64,000 nt of DNA from Nitrososphaeraceae archaeon (GCA_044870765.1 JBIOZG010000028.1:1-64000), one strand, 5' to 3'; shown: positions 1 through 10,187, numbered from the stretch's first letter. Made by a program: numbers and translations. The notes: generated by a model from the letters alone, not told the origin.

Positions 1-1
1 T

Positions 2-223
2 ATGAATATAATTATCGTTTTCATCTAATCCTGCCGATGCTGGAACTTCTTTGGATTCTCCGCCTACTGCATATTTACTGTAACTGATAACTGTGTTAAT
101 ACCTTCTTTTTCGAGATCAGTTTTATTTTTCTTCTTTTCCTTCTTTCTATACTCTTGGTAGCCCTCATTCCCGTATGTAGAGGGAGATTTAACATTGTCC
201 TCAGAAGCTTCAGTATTACTCAT
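2..223 (-). CDS. Hypothetical protein, 5' part (runs off the window edge)
   Basis: ATG at 223-221 opens a frame MSNTEASEDNVKSPSTYGNEGYQEYRKKEKKK...DNYIH with no stop before the edge; read manually, not in the ORF track. Confidence 0.55.
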   Translation of the reverse strand, partial: MSNTEASEDNVKSPSTYGNEGYQEYRKKEKKKNKTDLEKEGINTVISYSKYAVGGESKEVPASAGLDENDNYIH

Positions 224-313
224 AAAATCTTGATAAACAACATTCTATTTATTAAATCAGTTAGTCAGTAGTTGGCTTATAATTTTCAAATCTTCCGTCG
301 TTAGGCTTTTGTA

Positions 314-421
314 TTACTGTAAAGAAAATCCACATTTACTACAAAATGAAGAATTGAGTGGATTTGACCCTTCGCATTTCGAGCAAACTGGTGCGATATT
401 TTTTCCGCAACTTTGATTCTT
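314..421 (-). pseudogene. Double zinc-ribbon domain remnant
   Basis: Manual translation QSCGKNIAPVCSKCEGSNPLNSSFCSKCGFSLQ*; in-frame TGA just upstream and no start codon. Confidence 0.5.
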
Positions 422-535
422 ATGTCAAATTCTTTAACCGTATCTCGCGAGGTTTTGTAACGTAACTAAACCACGCAAAGTGAATTTTGAATGCCATTAA
501 GATCCAATTGAATTTCGATAATTCTTGATTTAAAA

Positions 536-910
536 TTGAAATATGGGTTATCCAATATACTTTTACCTAAAGTGCATTTCATAAAAGGAGAGATAACAGT
601 TGAAAATGGGAAATCTTTTCAGAATGCAACAATTTATGTTCGTCTCGAGGACGTAAGTAAAGCCGACGCGCCTTCGAAAGTGTTGTCTGAAGCAATTTTA
701 AAAAATGTAAATTTCGATAGTTCATCTGCGGCAATTCCTTTTGATCTCGCTGTAGAATCTGTTGATGACAATTCTGACTACAATGTCAGTGTGCACATTG
801 ATTTAAATAATAATGGAAAACTCGACAAGGGAGATTTTATTAATATGAGTAGTTATCCTATTCGCACGCCTAATGATTTTATGAAAATAAATGTTAGAGA
901 AATAAAATAA
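536..910 (+). CDS. YbaY/YscW-like domain protein
   Basis: VRLEDVSKADAPSKVLSE...PFDL...YNVSVHID pattern typical of the YbaY family. Confidence 0.75.
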   Translation: MKYGLSNILLPKVHFIKGEITVENGKSFQNATIYVRLEDVSKADAPSKVLSEAILKNVNFDSSSAAIPFDLAVESVDDNSDYNVSVHIDLNNNGKLDKGDFINMSSYPIRTPNDFMKINVREIK

Positions 911-939
911 TGAAGGTCCTGTGTTTTGTAATTATTGTT

Positions 940-2982
940 TTAAGTTGACCATCCGTTGTTTGGTGCAGTTTGCCATTTATGCAATAAAGCGTGGTCCCTG
1001 TTTGCTATTACAAATATCTCCAAACGCCCATCCGCGTTACTTCCTATTGCGGGATTAAGTGCAATCTCGGCTCCTAATGAATACCAATCAGCAATCCACG
1101 CGCCGTTGGGTGAAGTTTGCCATTTATGATATACAGCATTATCTGTTCCTTTCACAAATATCTCCAAACGCCCATCTTGGTTGTTTCTAACCGCGATATC
1201 GCTAGTGATTACTCCACCTAATGAATACCAATCAGCAATCCACGCCCCGTTGGCTGAAGTCTGCCATTTATGGTACACTGCGCCGTCGCTTCCTCTTACA
1301 AATATCTCCAAACGCCCATCTTGGTTGTTTCTAACCGCAATATCGCTAGTGATTACTCCACCTAATGAATACCAATCAGCAATCCACGCCCCGTTGGGTG
1401 AAGTCTGCCATTTATGATAAACAGCATTATCTGTGCCTCTTACGAAAACCTCCAAACGCCCATCCAGATTATTTCCTACGGAAACGTTACCAGTAATTAC
1501 CCCATTCAATGAATACCAATCAGCAATCCACGCCCCGTTGGGTGAAGTCTGCCATTTATGGTACACTGCGCTATCTGTGCCTCTTACGAAAACCTCCAAA
1601 CGCCCATCCCGATTATTTCCGACGGAAACGTTACCAGTAATTACTCCATTCAATGAATACCAATCAGCAATCCATCCACTGTTGGGTGAAGTTTGCCATT
1701 TATGGTACACTGCGCTATCTGTTCCTCTTACGAAAACCTCCAAACGCCCATCTTGATTACTTCCAACTACAGGGTCACCAATGATAACTCCTCCCAATGG
1801 ATACCAATCAGCAATCCATCCATTGTTGGGTGAAGTTTGCCATTTATGATGTACAGCGCTATCTGTTCCTTTCACAAATACCTCGATACGCCCGTCTTGG
1901 TTGTTTCCAACTGAAATGTTACTGACAAGCACACCTGCCAACGAAGACCAACCAGGATGTGGGTACATATATGAAATTGCAGCAATATCCCCAGCGCTGA
2001 GTCCATTTCTCTGTCCGATTGCAGTGCCACAGGGGCGACTTGGTTGTAATACTTGTATCGTTGGTTGACCGTTACTAGAGAACGCGTGAGTTGGATAATG
2101 CATTATTGAGCAATAATCATACTCTCCCACATCATCTCCATCTGAAATATGTTGATTAAAATTATGTCTCTGGTCGGTGATTATATTTTCATATAGAATT
2201 CTGATGAAAGTGTCTCTGTCCTCTCTACTCTGCTCATGCCATATGCCTAGTGTGTGACAAATCTCATGTATAGTATTACCCGTAAGACAGCCTGCAGTAA
2301 GGGAAATAATCTGTCGTCCGCCTTGTCTACCAACTCTAGACCAACAGGCCCCTTGATCCTCAAAAAATACAAAATCGGGGAACTGAGAAGCGTTTGCAGG
2401 CGTTCTCCTTACAAAGCGAACTATAGTATTATTTTCTATATGACGCATAGCATCTGTTATTCTTTGTTGATTTGGTAGACTTGGGTTAATATCGAATGGC
2501 ACTAACGCATTCGGCCATCTAAACCGATGTTCAGATATTATGACCGCTGCCTCAGGCAAATCAGATAGTGTCTTTATCCGTTGCATTTCCTCTACCGTTC
2601 CTAATACTATATCGCCCTCGAATATTGCCATTCCATCCACGATTGAATAAACGACCGGCTTCCAATCAAAGGTATTACCTGAAATATATCCTTGTCCAGT
2701 TTCAGGTTTACTCGATTTCGTTCCTGGAGTCGTGCTTACATATGCACTACCTTCTGCTTTACCCTGGTTCATTTCTCCAGAAGGCATCTCTCCTGCTTTA
2801 CCTTCTTTCATTTCTCCAGAAGGCATCTCTCCTGCCTTGCCCTGGTTCATTTCTCCGTAAGCACTACCTTCTGCCTTGTCTTGGTTCATTTCTCCAGAAG
2901 GCATCTCTCCTACTTTACCTTCTTTCATTTCTCCGGAAGGCATCTCTCCTGCTTTACCTTCTTTCATTTTTCTGGAAGACAC
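940..2982 (-). CDS. Astacin (M12A, LegP-like) zinc metalloprotease with C-terminal 7-bladed PLL-like lectin beta-propeller
   Basis: FEGDI prodomain motif, HEICHTLGIWHEQSREDRD zinc motif, SIMHY Met-turn; seven NxDGR[LI]E[VI]F...HKWQ...W repeats. Confidence 0.9.
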   Translation of the reverse strand: MSSRKMKEGKAGEMPSGEMKEGKVGEMPSGEMNQDKAEGSAYGEMNQGKAGEMPSGEMKEGKAGEMPSGEMNQGKAEGSAYVSTTPGTKSSKPETGQGYISGNTFDWKPVVYSIVDGMAIFEGDIVLGTVEEMQRIKTLSDLPEAAVIISEHRFRWPNALVPFDINPSLPNQQRITDAMRHIENNTIVRFVRRTPANASQFPDFVFFEDQGACWSRVGRQGGRQIISLTAGCLTGNTIHEICHTLGIWHEQSREDRDTFIRILYENIITDQRHNFNQHISDGDDVGEYDYCSIMHYPTHAFSSNGQPTIQVLQPSRPCGTAIGQRNGLSAGDIAAISYMYPHPGWSSLAGVLVSNISVGNNQDGRIEVFVKGTDSAVHHKWQTSPNNGWIADWYPLGGVIIGDPVVGSNQDGRLEVFVRGTDSAVYHKWQTSPNSGWIADWYSLNGVITGNVSVGNNRDGRLEVFVRGTDSAVYHKWQTSPNGAWIADWYSLNGVITGNVSVGNNLDGRLEVFVRGTDNAVYHKWQTSPNGAWIADWYSLGGVITSDIAVRNNQDGRLEIFVRGSDGAVYHKWQTSANGAWIADWYSLGGVITSDIAVRNNQDGRLEIFVKGTDNAVYHKWQTSPNGAWIADWYSLGAEIALNPAIGSNADGRLEIFVIANRDHALLHKWQTAPNNGWST
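945..1950 (-). repeat. Intragenic tandem repeat, 7 x 144 bp (48-aa propeller blades)
   Basis: ataccaatcagcaatccac occurs at 1081 and 1225 and the motif recurs with a 144-bp period. Confidence 0.9.
2745..2975 (-). repeat. Intragenic 39-bp tandem repeat (GEMPSGEMKEGKA-like 13-aa units, about 6 copies)
   Basis: Repeated catttctccagaaggcatctctcctgc units. Confidence 0.85.
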
Positions 2983-3286
2983 CTTCCTATGTGCAGCATC
3001 TTTGGCATTTTTTCTGTTAGATTTATTATACTTAGTTTTTTTTTGATTTTCAATAGAATACCATGAACTTCAATTTGCCCTATAAATTTCGCTTATCTCT
3101 CAATTAGTTACTGTAAGATAAGTTTTCATACGTGCGGTGAAAATATACCTTGCAAGATAAAATTAAATGTACTAGATAACAAGAAAATATAGGTAATAAA
3201 GTACTTCTAATAGAGGGTCCGGATGTATGTGTATCAGAAGAGTAACATTCTCTAATTATTTAATTGAAATTATTCCATTACTCAGT

Positions 3287-5674
3287 TTATTGGTTTTGTA
3301 TACGACAAAACGAAACCAAGTACGGGTTAGAATAAAAGGGAAGCGATCCTAGGTCCAATTTTGATGAAAAATAAGACTTTGAGCCTTCAGAACAATCTAC
3401 AAAATCTTTTGAAAGTATTTCCTTGTAGATGAAATTGAATTGGTCACTTTCCTTCGACACATCCGTGATTATTTGGAGTGTGCCGGAGTTTGTTAACTTG
3501 TTGTTAATTGTGCTTATTAATGAAGAAAAAGACTCCTTACTGGTCAGTATGTCCTGTCGTGACGACGGCAAGTTGATGATGAAATTATCTATCGAACCAT
3601 CGGGAATGTTTGGAAGTAACTTTATTGGATTACCCCAAAAAACTGACGCATTTAGCGGTTCTAGTTCCGTAAACTTTGATTTTGCATATGAGATCTCATT
3701 TTGATCTTCTCCTATCCCAATAAAAAATTCAGACCAAACATCATTTGCCATACGATATATAATTTCGCCTTTGAAATTGCCTATTAGTATGTTAATCCTC
3801 AAAAAGGATTTTCTGGCGTTCATTATTGTCCTTATCAGGAGTGTTAATGGATTGCCTTCATGAAAAAATTGATATATGGAGTTCCACCTATTTTTGAAGA
3901 CGACAGGGAAACTCCTCATTTTTATTAGCTCTTGAAACAGATGAGTGTCCGCAAAATCAGAAAAGTACGAATCGGTTCTGGAAACTGCCTCTAATTTAGG
4001 TAAGAAAAGTTCATCGTACAAGTTGGTAACCCTGTTCCAAGCCCTGATGGGATCTGATCCCATATAAGTAACAGATAGGTCAGAGAGCCAAACGACTTCT
4101 GCCAAGAGATTTATCTTTCTAATATCATATCCTTTTGCCATTAATTCGGATAACAATTCATCGAACTTTTTCTGTGCCGTTTCCTGCTTGAAATAAGGAA
4201 AATCGGTTCTCCAAATGAGAGCCTCAATTATCAAACTTTTGTCAGATTTTTCTATCTCTGCAGTCCGCTTTTGCAGATCTGGTTGATTCCTAAATTTAAA
4301 TGAAAAGTTTTCAAAAACCCTTTCCAAATCCGGTTGTTCTAACTTGAAGTAGGCATCGTGAATTTGATATCTTTGAATAGTTTCAATTGTTCTTTGAACC
4401 CTGGGACCTACGGACGGGCGAATAGATGGTCCGGAAGTAGGATATCCATTAGTTTCAGGCCTAGAGCTATTACCATTATAAGTAAATTGCAGTGGATCGT
4501 AATCATGTAATAGTGCAGCTACAAGGATAAATTCGATATCCTCAGCAGAGAATCTGTAATCAGATATTGAATTTGGTAACATTTTAAGCGCCATATACGA
4601 TACTTCTAGACTATGATGAAAGTTATGATATTCAGTGGATCCTTCACCCAGTCCAATATCAGAATAAACCCCATTCAAGAATCTAATCAATGTAGAGATT
4701 TTCTCGATCTTAGCATCGCTTATTCCCCTATTCTTGGCAACATCCAAGATAGCCATAACTAACCTGTCCTCCCTTATGTCGGCAAGCGTTTCGTTGGCTT
4801 CTTTTACTATCGATTTATGGAATCCCGGTAATTTTTCCAAAATTTCATTGTAAATTATCTTGATGGGAAGGCTTTTGTAGAGATATAACCATAAGCCTGT
4901 AATCTTATACGGATACTTTATTCTAAATCTCTCTCTTTCTATGATTTCATCTACAAGCAGGACAATATTTCTGTTTAATTTTCCAATTTCACGATTTGTT
5001 ACAATACCTTCCTGATTATTTGATTTTGTACCTTGGTAATCGGCACTCATTACTGCCCACTGCGGTATTTTTATCCTGTATCGAAATTTTTTGACTGACC
5101 CATTCTGGTCCCATGGAAATCGTATAGTTTCTCTTTGTGTTGTGGCAACATTCCGATTTTTTGTGTTAATTAAATCGTCATCTTTTACTACCTGAAGAAT
5201 CAATTCTTTATTTGGAACTTGCAAACCCAATAAAACATGCCAATATTTGCCCTTGTCTACCCAATCTGGAGCATATGTGGCAGGATCCCAAAAATCTATC
5301 GGGCCAAATGGGATATAGCCGTCTTCAAATTCATGTGTTTCGGGATTATACGATTTGTACTCGTATTTTCCTATCTGCGAATTAATCCGATATGCAAGGG
5401 CTCGGGTATTGTTGACCTTATCAGATGATTTTGTAAACTCTCTGTGGGCCATTATTCCCCAGACAGTGCCCAAGCCACTGAATATAGTCAAAAGAAAGTA
5501 GACAAAATCAAACTTATCATGAATTGCGTAGTTGAGTGCTAATTGAATTCCAAATAGATAAGATGAGAACAGTGCACCGAAAAACAAAAAGAGAAAAAAC
5601 CATCTTGCTATGTCATTATAAAATAAACTAAATGATTTTCTGTCGCTATAGTTTATCAATCTATGCTTCATCAA
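3287..5674 (-). CDS. Membrane-anchored HD-domain protein with a C-terminal degenerate SAM-methyltransferase-like domain
   Basis: Two N-terminal hydrophobic helices; YHNFHHSLEV...AALLHDYD...SDL HD motifs; C-terminal PDGSIDNFIINLP...GTLQIITD resembles the TrmB-like fold. Confidence 0.7.
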   Translation of the reverse strand: MMKHRLINYSDRKSFSLFYNDIARWFFLFLFFGALFSSYLFGIQLALNYAIHDKFDFVYFLLTIFSGLGTVWGIMAHREFTKSSDKVNNTRALAYRINSQIGKYEYKSYNPETHEFEDGYIPFGPIDFWDPATYAPDWVDKGKYWHVLLGLQVPNKELILQVVKDDDLINTKNRNVATTQRETIRFPWDQNGSVKKFRYRIKIPQWAVMSADYQGTKSNNQEGIVTNREIGKLNRNIVLLVDEIIERERFRIKYPYKITGLWLYLYKSLPIKIIYNEILEKLPGFHKSIVKEANETLADIREDRLVMAILDVAKNRGISDAKIEKISTLIRFLNGVYSDIGLGEGSTEYHNFHHSLEVSYMALKMLPNSISDYRFSAEDIEFILVAALLHDYDPLQFTYNGNSSRPETNGYPTSGPSIRPSVGPRVQRTIETIQRYQIHDAYFKLEQPDLERVFENFSFKFRNQPDLQKRTAEIEKSDKSLIIEALIWRTDFPYFKQETAQKKFDELLSELMAKGYDIRKINLLAEVVWLSDLSVTYMGSDPIRAWNRVTNLYDELFLPKLEAVSRTDSYFSDFADTHLFQELIKMRSFPVVFKNRWNSIYQFFHEGNPLTLLIRTIMNARKSFLRINILIGNFKGEIIYRMANDVWSEFFIGIGEDQNEISYAKSKFTELEPLNASVFWGNPIKLLPNIPDGSIDNFIINLPSSRQDILTSKESFSSLISTINNKLTNSGTLQIITDVSKESDQFNFIYKEILSKDFVDCSEGSKSYFSSKLDLGSLPFYSNPYLVSFCRIQNQ

Positions 5675-5894
5675 CTTTCACAGTCACTAACACACGTTGC
5701 ATCATAATTGACCGTATGACTGTCCCCAATTACTCATACCTTATCAATTACAGTCGCTTAAAAAATATTCCATTTATAAACGCGACCACGATCGCTTGTT
5801 TCATTGCCCAACTTAGGTAAAATGTCAATTACATATCCAAATATCAAGTCATGTATAAAGTAAGGAATCAGCTATCTACTCGATATTGGAATTA

Positions 5895-6275
5895 TCAAAC
5901 AACAATTAGTTTTACGAAATGCATCTTTTTGTTTGTCTGAAGCTGTCTTGAAATTTCCTTAATATCTTTCGCATCTCCCTTTAAGGAAAATATTTCAAGG
6001 CATCTATCCTTGTCTATCTTATTATGTAGGTGTACTATTATTATCTTGTCAAAATCATGTCTTATGGAAGAAACCTGATCATCCGAGTCCTCATCATGTA
6101 CTGCTAAAAGTAACGAATTAATTTCTCCATCCAAATCTTCTTTCATGCGTTCGTCAGACAAGAGATTCCTAATACCTGCCCTTATGATTTCGGATCGGCC
6201 GGAAAATCCCAGAGACTTGAGTTTATCCAAATTTTCGATAATATCTTCGTTTAGTGAAACGCTCACGATGGTCAA
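5895..6275 (-). CDS. NikR-like CopG/ribbon-helix-helix metal-responsive regulator
   Basis: IVSVSLN...GRSEIIRAGIR RHH domain; HLH...CLEIF in an ACT-like C-terminal domain. Confidence 0.85.
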   Translation of the reverse strand: MTIVSVSLNEDIIENLDKLKSLGFSGRSEIIRAGIRNLLSDERMKEDLDGEINSLLLAVHDEDSDDQVSSIRHDFDKIIIVHLHNKIDKDRCLEIFSLKGDAKDIKEISRQLQTNKKMHFVKLIVV

Positions 6276-6617
6276 TTAGATTTTCATATTGGTTATTAGA
6301 TATAATAATTTTTCAATGAAGATAGAGCTCCACAGGCTAACGATTAGATATGGGGCGATATTGATGTCTGTACGGCAGAACCCTGATTTAATCGATAGGA
6401 GAGTCTTTCAATCAGTAACTTGAGCCTTTATCGTAATCCAATGTTTTCCGGCCTAATCCCAGTTGTCAGAACAAATTAGATTTTTTTGCTTCGAGTAGTC
6501 GCTCACTATTTATCTTCATGCCCGATGGCTCGACATATTCAATTAGTACCTCATCAAATACGAGTAAATTGGCTTAAATATTAGCTTTGACAGAATTTAT
6601 CGTTAGTAGAGCTGTAT

Positions 6618-6675
6618 TATTAACAATGCCATCCAATTTAATTAATATTAATAAAAAAAGTATATATTCTTAATA
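6618..6675. promoter_or_regulatory. Two overlapping TATTAA-N18-TTAATA inverted-repeat operators, putative site for the NikR-like regulator
   Basis: Half-sites at 6618-23/6642-47 and 6646-51/6670-75, directly upstream of the ATG at 6685. Confidence 0.5.
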
Positions 6676-6684
6676 ACCTGTCAT

Positions 6685-7668
6685 ATGTCTATAATGCGGA
6701 TAGTAATAGTCGCGCCGGTTCTGTCGATATTGTTCCTTTTTTACTTGGTTTATCATAATTTGAATGCTCAAAATATATCAAATTCGCCTTTAGCAAATCC
6801 TAATGGCACGGAGACATCAACGGGATACTCAAAGAGTCAGCAGTCCAGAACTAATTCATCTGACAAGTTGGTAGTCATATCATCCTTCTTTCCTATGGAC
6901 GAATTTGTAAGGAAAATAGGTGGTGCGGCTGTGCAGTCGTCTGTTCTGGTTCCCACGGGAGTCGAACCTCATGATTTTGAGCCTACAATAAATCAAATTC
7001 AGGCTCTTAATTCAGCAGATGTGCTCGTTTATAACGACTTGGGACTTGAGAATTGGATTCAGAAAATAAATGTGTTAAATAAAATTAATGCCAGCAAGGG
7101 ACTAAACGCATCCTATATCGACAAACGTAATATGATGCCAGATCCCCATGTGTGGTTGGATCCTTTACTTGCAAAGAAACAGGTAGAAAATATACGAGAT
7201 GGATTGATGATGATTGATCCTAATCACAAGGACACTTATTTTGAAAATGCAAAGTCTTTTTTAACCGAGCTTGATAGACTTGATAAGACAATTAGATCAG
7301 ATTTGGAATCATGCAAGAAAAGAGACTTTATTTCATTTCATAATTCGTTTTCGTATTTTGCTAAAAGATACGGCGTTACCCAGCACAGTATTTCTGGCTC
7401 ATCACCAGAAGCAGAGATAACACCAACCCGGCTGACCGAAATTATAGATCTAGCAAAAAAGTCGGGTCTTAGTGTTATCTATTCCGAAGAACTTGTGGAT
7501 CCTCGATACGCCTTAGTTATTGCCCAAGAAATTCCAAATGGTAAAGTCCTTCCATTGAGTCCAATAGAAGGAATAGCCAGGAACGAACAGAACTCAGGTA
7601 TTGGATATGTTGACAAGATGAACGAAAATATTAGAAACTTGGCTGTAGGGTTAGAATGCAACCAATAA
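6685..7668 (+). CDS. Zn/Mn ABC transporter substrate-binding protein (ZnuA-like)
   Basis: EPHDFEP, DPHVWLDP and FHNSFSYFAKRYG cluster A-I motifs. Confidence 0.9.
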   Translation: MSIMRIVIVAPVLSILFLFYLVYHNLNAQNISNSPLANPNGTETSTGYSKSQQSRTNSSDKLVVISSFFPMDEFVRKIGGAAVQSSVLVPTGVEPHDFEPTINQIQALNSADVLVYNDLGLENWIQKINVLNKINASKGLNASYIDKRNMMPDPHVWLDPLLAKKQVENIRDGLMMIDPNHKDTYFENAKSFLTELDRLDKTIRSDLESCKKRDFISFHNSFSYFAKRYGVTQHSISGSSPEAEITPTRLTEIIDLAKKSGLSVIYSEELVDPRYALVIAQEIPNGKVLPLSPIEGIARNEQNSGIGYVDKMNENIRNLAVGLECNQ

Positions 7669-8423
7669 TTAAGGTAACAGGTCTATCTTATTATTATGAT
7701 TCGTTGCCTACATTGGACAATATCTCATTTACTGTAGGCAAGGGAGATTTTCTCGGAATCATTGGTCCAAATGGGGCAGGTAAAACAACTTTATTCCAGT
7801 GTATGCTCGGAATAGTCGGCGATTATAAAGGTGAGATCAATCTTTTTGGCTCCGATATTAAACAAAACAAGAAAATACTTCAAAAGATAGGTTATGTTCC
7901 ACAAAAAAAGAGCGTAGAACAAACATTTCCAGCAACTGTTGAGGAGATTGTATCATTGGGTGTCATTGGAATGAAAAACAGTAGGGATGATATCAACATG
8001 GCAATTGATTTCGTTGAATTAGGCTCCTATCGGGACAAGAGAATAGGAGAACTTTCTGAAGGCCAGCAGCAAAGAGCTATAATCGCAAAGGCGCTAGTGA
8101 AACAATCCGAGTTACTGATATTAGACGAACCTACCACAGGTATAGATTCTGCATCTCAAGAAAGGTTCTATGACCTCTTAACAAAATTAAACAAAGACAA
8201 GGGTATAACTATCGTCTGGTCGTCACATGACATGAACGCTGTTGAGAGATTGGCAAATAAGGTTGCCTGCATTGACAGGAAATTATTCTTTCATGGCCAA
8301 TCAGAAGACTTTTTTGGAAATGAAGAACGCATGAAATCCTATGTAGAATTTGCTATGCAAGCACATATGAACCTGCATTTTGGTAACAAAATTAATGGTA
8401 AAGATAACTCGGAAACAAAGTGA
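7656..8423 (+). CDS. Metal ABC transporter ATPase (ZnuC-like)
   Basis: GPNGAGKTT, LSEGQQQR, LILDEPT, SHD. Confidence 0.92.
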   Translation: MQPIIKVTGLSYYYDSLPTLDNISFTVGKGDFLGIIGPNGAGKTTLFQCMLGIVGDYKGEINLFGSDIKQNKKILQKIGYVPQKKSVEQTFPATVEEIVSLGVIGMKNSRDDINMAIDFVELGSYRDKRIGELSEGQQQRAIIAKALVKQSELLILDEPTTGIDSASQERFYDLLTKLNKDKGITIVWSSHDMNAVERLANKVACIDRKLFFHGQSEDFFGNEERMKSYVEFAMQAHMNLHFGNKINGKDNSETK

Positions 8424-8429
8424 CCACAA

Positions 8430-9263
8430 ATGCTTTTTGACATTCTTCAATATGGCTTTATGCAAAGGGCACTTTTGTCAGCGGTAGCAATATCGATAAT
8501 ATGTTCTATCGTTGGCCTTTTCCTTGTGCTTAAACGACATTCCTTATTTGGTGATGCACTGGCGCATGTGGCATTTGGTGGGATAGCTCTTGGTCTTTTC
8601 ACTGGCATATATCCAATATTGACTGCTTACGTCGTAGCTATCTTGGCTGCCGTTGGTGTGAATAAATTAAGAGAATCAACCAAGATACCTCCAGATTCGT
8701 CTATAGCAGTACTTTTGACATCCGGTCTTGCAATTGGTGTTATTCTAATTAGCATATCTGGTGGTTTTACGCTAGATTTGTTTGGTTTTCTATTTGGAAA
8801 TATCCTCCTCGTGAGTAATGAGGACTTAATTATGATCTTGATTACGGATGCCATAGTTGTTCCTATCATATATGTTCTCTACAAGAGGTTAATACTCATA
8901 GTATTTGATGAGAATCAGGCAAAAGTTAGTGGATTGAACGTTACCTGGATAAATACTTTATTTATTGTTCTTGCCAGTATCACCATAATGGCCTCAATAA
9001 GACTGGTAGGTGTCTTGTTAATTTCTTCATTAATTGTTATTCCAAACATAACCGCACTCTTACTCGGTAAGGGATTTAAGAAAACAATATTAATTTCATG
9101 TGCAATTTCTGTTTTTTCTGTCGTATTTGGCATAGTGGCATCTTATTATGTAAACTTGGTGCCCAGTGGAACCATAGTATTAACAATGGTATCAATGTTC
9201 ATAGTAACAATAATAGTAAAGAATATGAAATTTAGACTCAAAAAAATTGTAGTTACCAAATGA
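8430..9263 (+). CDS. Metal ABC transporter permease (ZnuB-like)
   Basis: GDALAHVAFGG, LFGNIL; multiple transmembrane helices. Confidence 0.92.
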   Translation: MLFDILQYGFMQRALLSAVAISIICSIVGLFLVLKRHSLFGDALAHVAFGGIALGLFTGIYPILTAYVVAILAAVGVNKLRESTKIPPDSSIAVLLTSGLAIGVILISISGGFTLDLFGFLFGNILLVSNEDLIMILITDAIVVPIIYVLYKRLILIVFDENQAKVSGLNVTWINTLFIVLASITIMASIRLVGVLLISSLIVIPNITALLLGKGFKKTILISCAISVFSVVFGIVASYYVNLVPSGTIVLTMVSMFIVTIIVKNMKFRLKKIVVTK

Positions 9264-9790
9264 ATTTCCTTATTATCTGTAATTAGATTTACAAGTTTTA
9301 CCTTCGCACTAAATCTTGAATTACTTTTAAAATTGAACCAGCGTTGCTTCAAAGACATACTGTCCTGAGACTAGAATAGCATCTAAAAAAAATAGTTTTG
9401 ATAGTATATACTAGCCAATTGAGCATCTATATTGTGCCATAAAAGGCCATAAAAATAATTTAGTAGCGTCGCTCGATTATACTGGCAGTATATGACAGCA
9501 AAGTGAAAGCGTGTATTAGAGTTAATTTATAAATTCTAAATATGATTCATCTGAAAAACCAGATTCAACCCGTTCGGTCCCAAACACAAAAGGTATTGTT
9601 TGTAGATAGATATTATCGCTAATTATAATAATGCAGTTTTATTGTTGTAGTTCCGCCCGAAATAAGCACCACATTAAAGATACCAAATAATTGGTATTAC
9701 TAAAAACTGGTTGTTACTGAATCTAAAATAACAAATGATCATTAGTTATCTTATGAATATTAAAAAAATAGGAAAAAAGGAGATATTGGA

Positions 9791-10060
9791 ATGAGTGTTT
9801 TGTTGCGTCTTCCAGTTTTATCCAGAAATACCGATACTACACTAAAAACAAGCGAGTGGGGACCAAGAACTTCATCTATACTACTGCTATCGGCAACAAT
9901 ATCTATTGCCATCATTATTCTGTTGTTCACGGGAATGTCAATTGCCGGAGAGTGGTATCCAGATTATTCAGTATGTAGAGACAAAATTATAGAATACGAG
10001 CAAACAGGACTTTACAAAAGCACCGGCGACTTTATCGCAGCGTTGTCTTACTGTGATTGA
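9791..10060 (+). CDS. Small membrane-anchored hypothetical protein
   Basis: AAGGAG Shine-Dalgarno before the ATG, one hydrophobic helix, two Cys. Confidence 0.55.
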   Translation: MSVLLRLPVLSRNTDTTLKTSEWGPRTSSILLLSATISIAIIILLFTGMSIAGEWYPDYSVCRDKIIEYEQTGLYKSTGDFIAALSYCD

Positions 10061-10187
10061 AAGAAATCCTCTAAAATGTCAGTACATTAAGCAGCGACTG
10101 ACAATAATCTAATTTTAAAAAAATTGTTTATATCCAAGTCTAACTTTCATTATTTATCTTGTCAATTAGAAAAGGAGATAATTTGGA

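Noticed and set aside
945-1950. Regular 144-bp repeats as a CRISPR array
   Set aside because: They are in-frame coding repeats without unique spacers.
1181-3066. Plus-strand ORFs 1181, 1433, 2254, 2568 and 2692
   Set aside because: Antisense shadows of the repetitive astacin-lectin gene.
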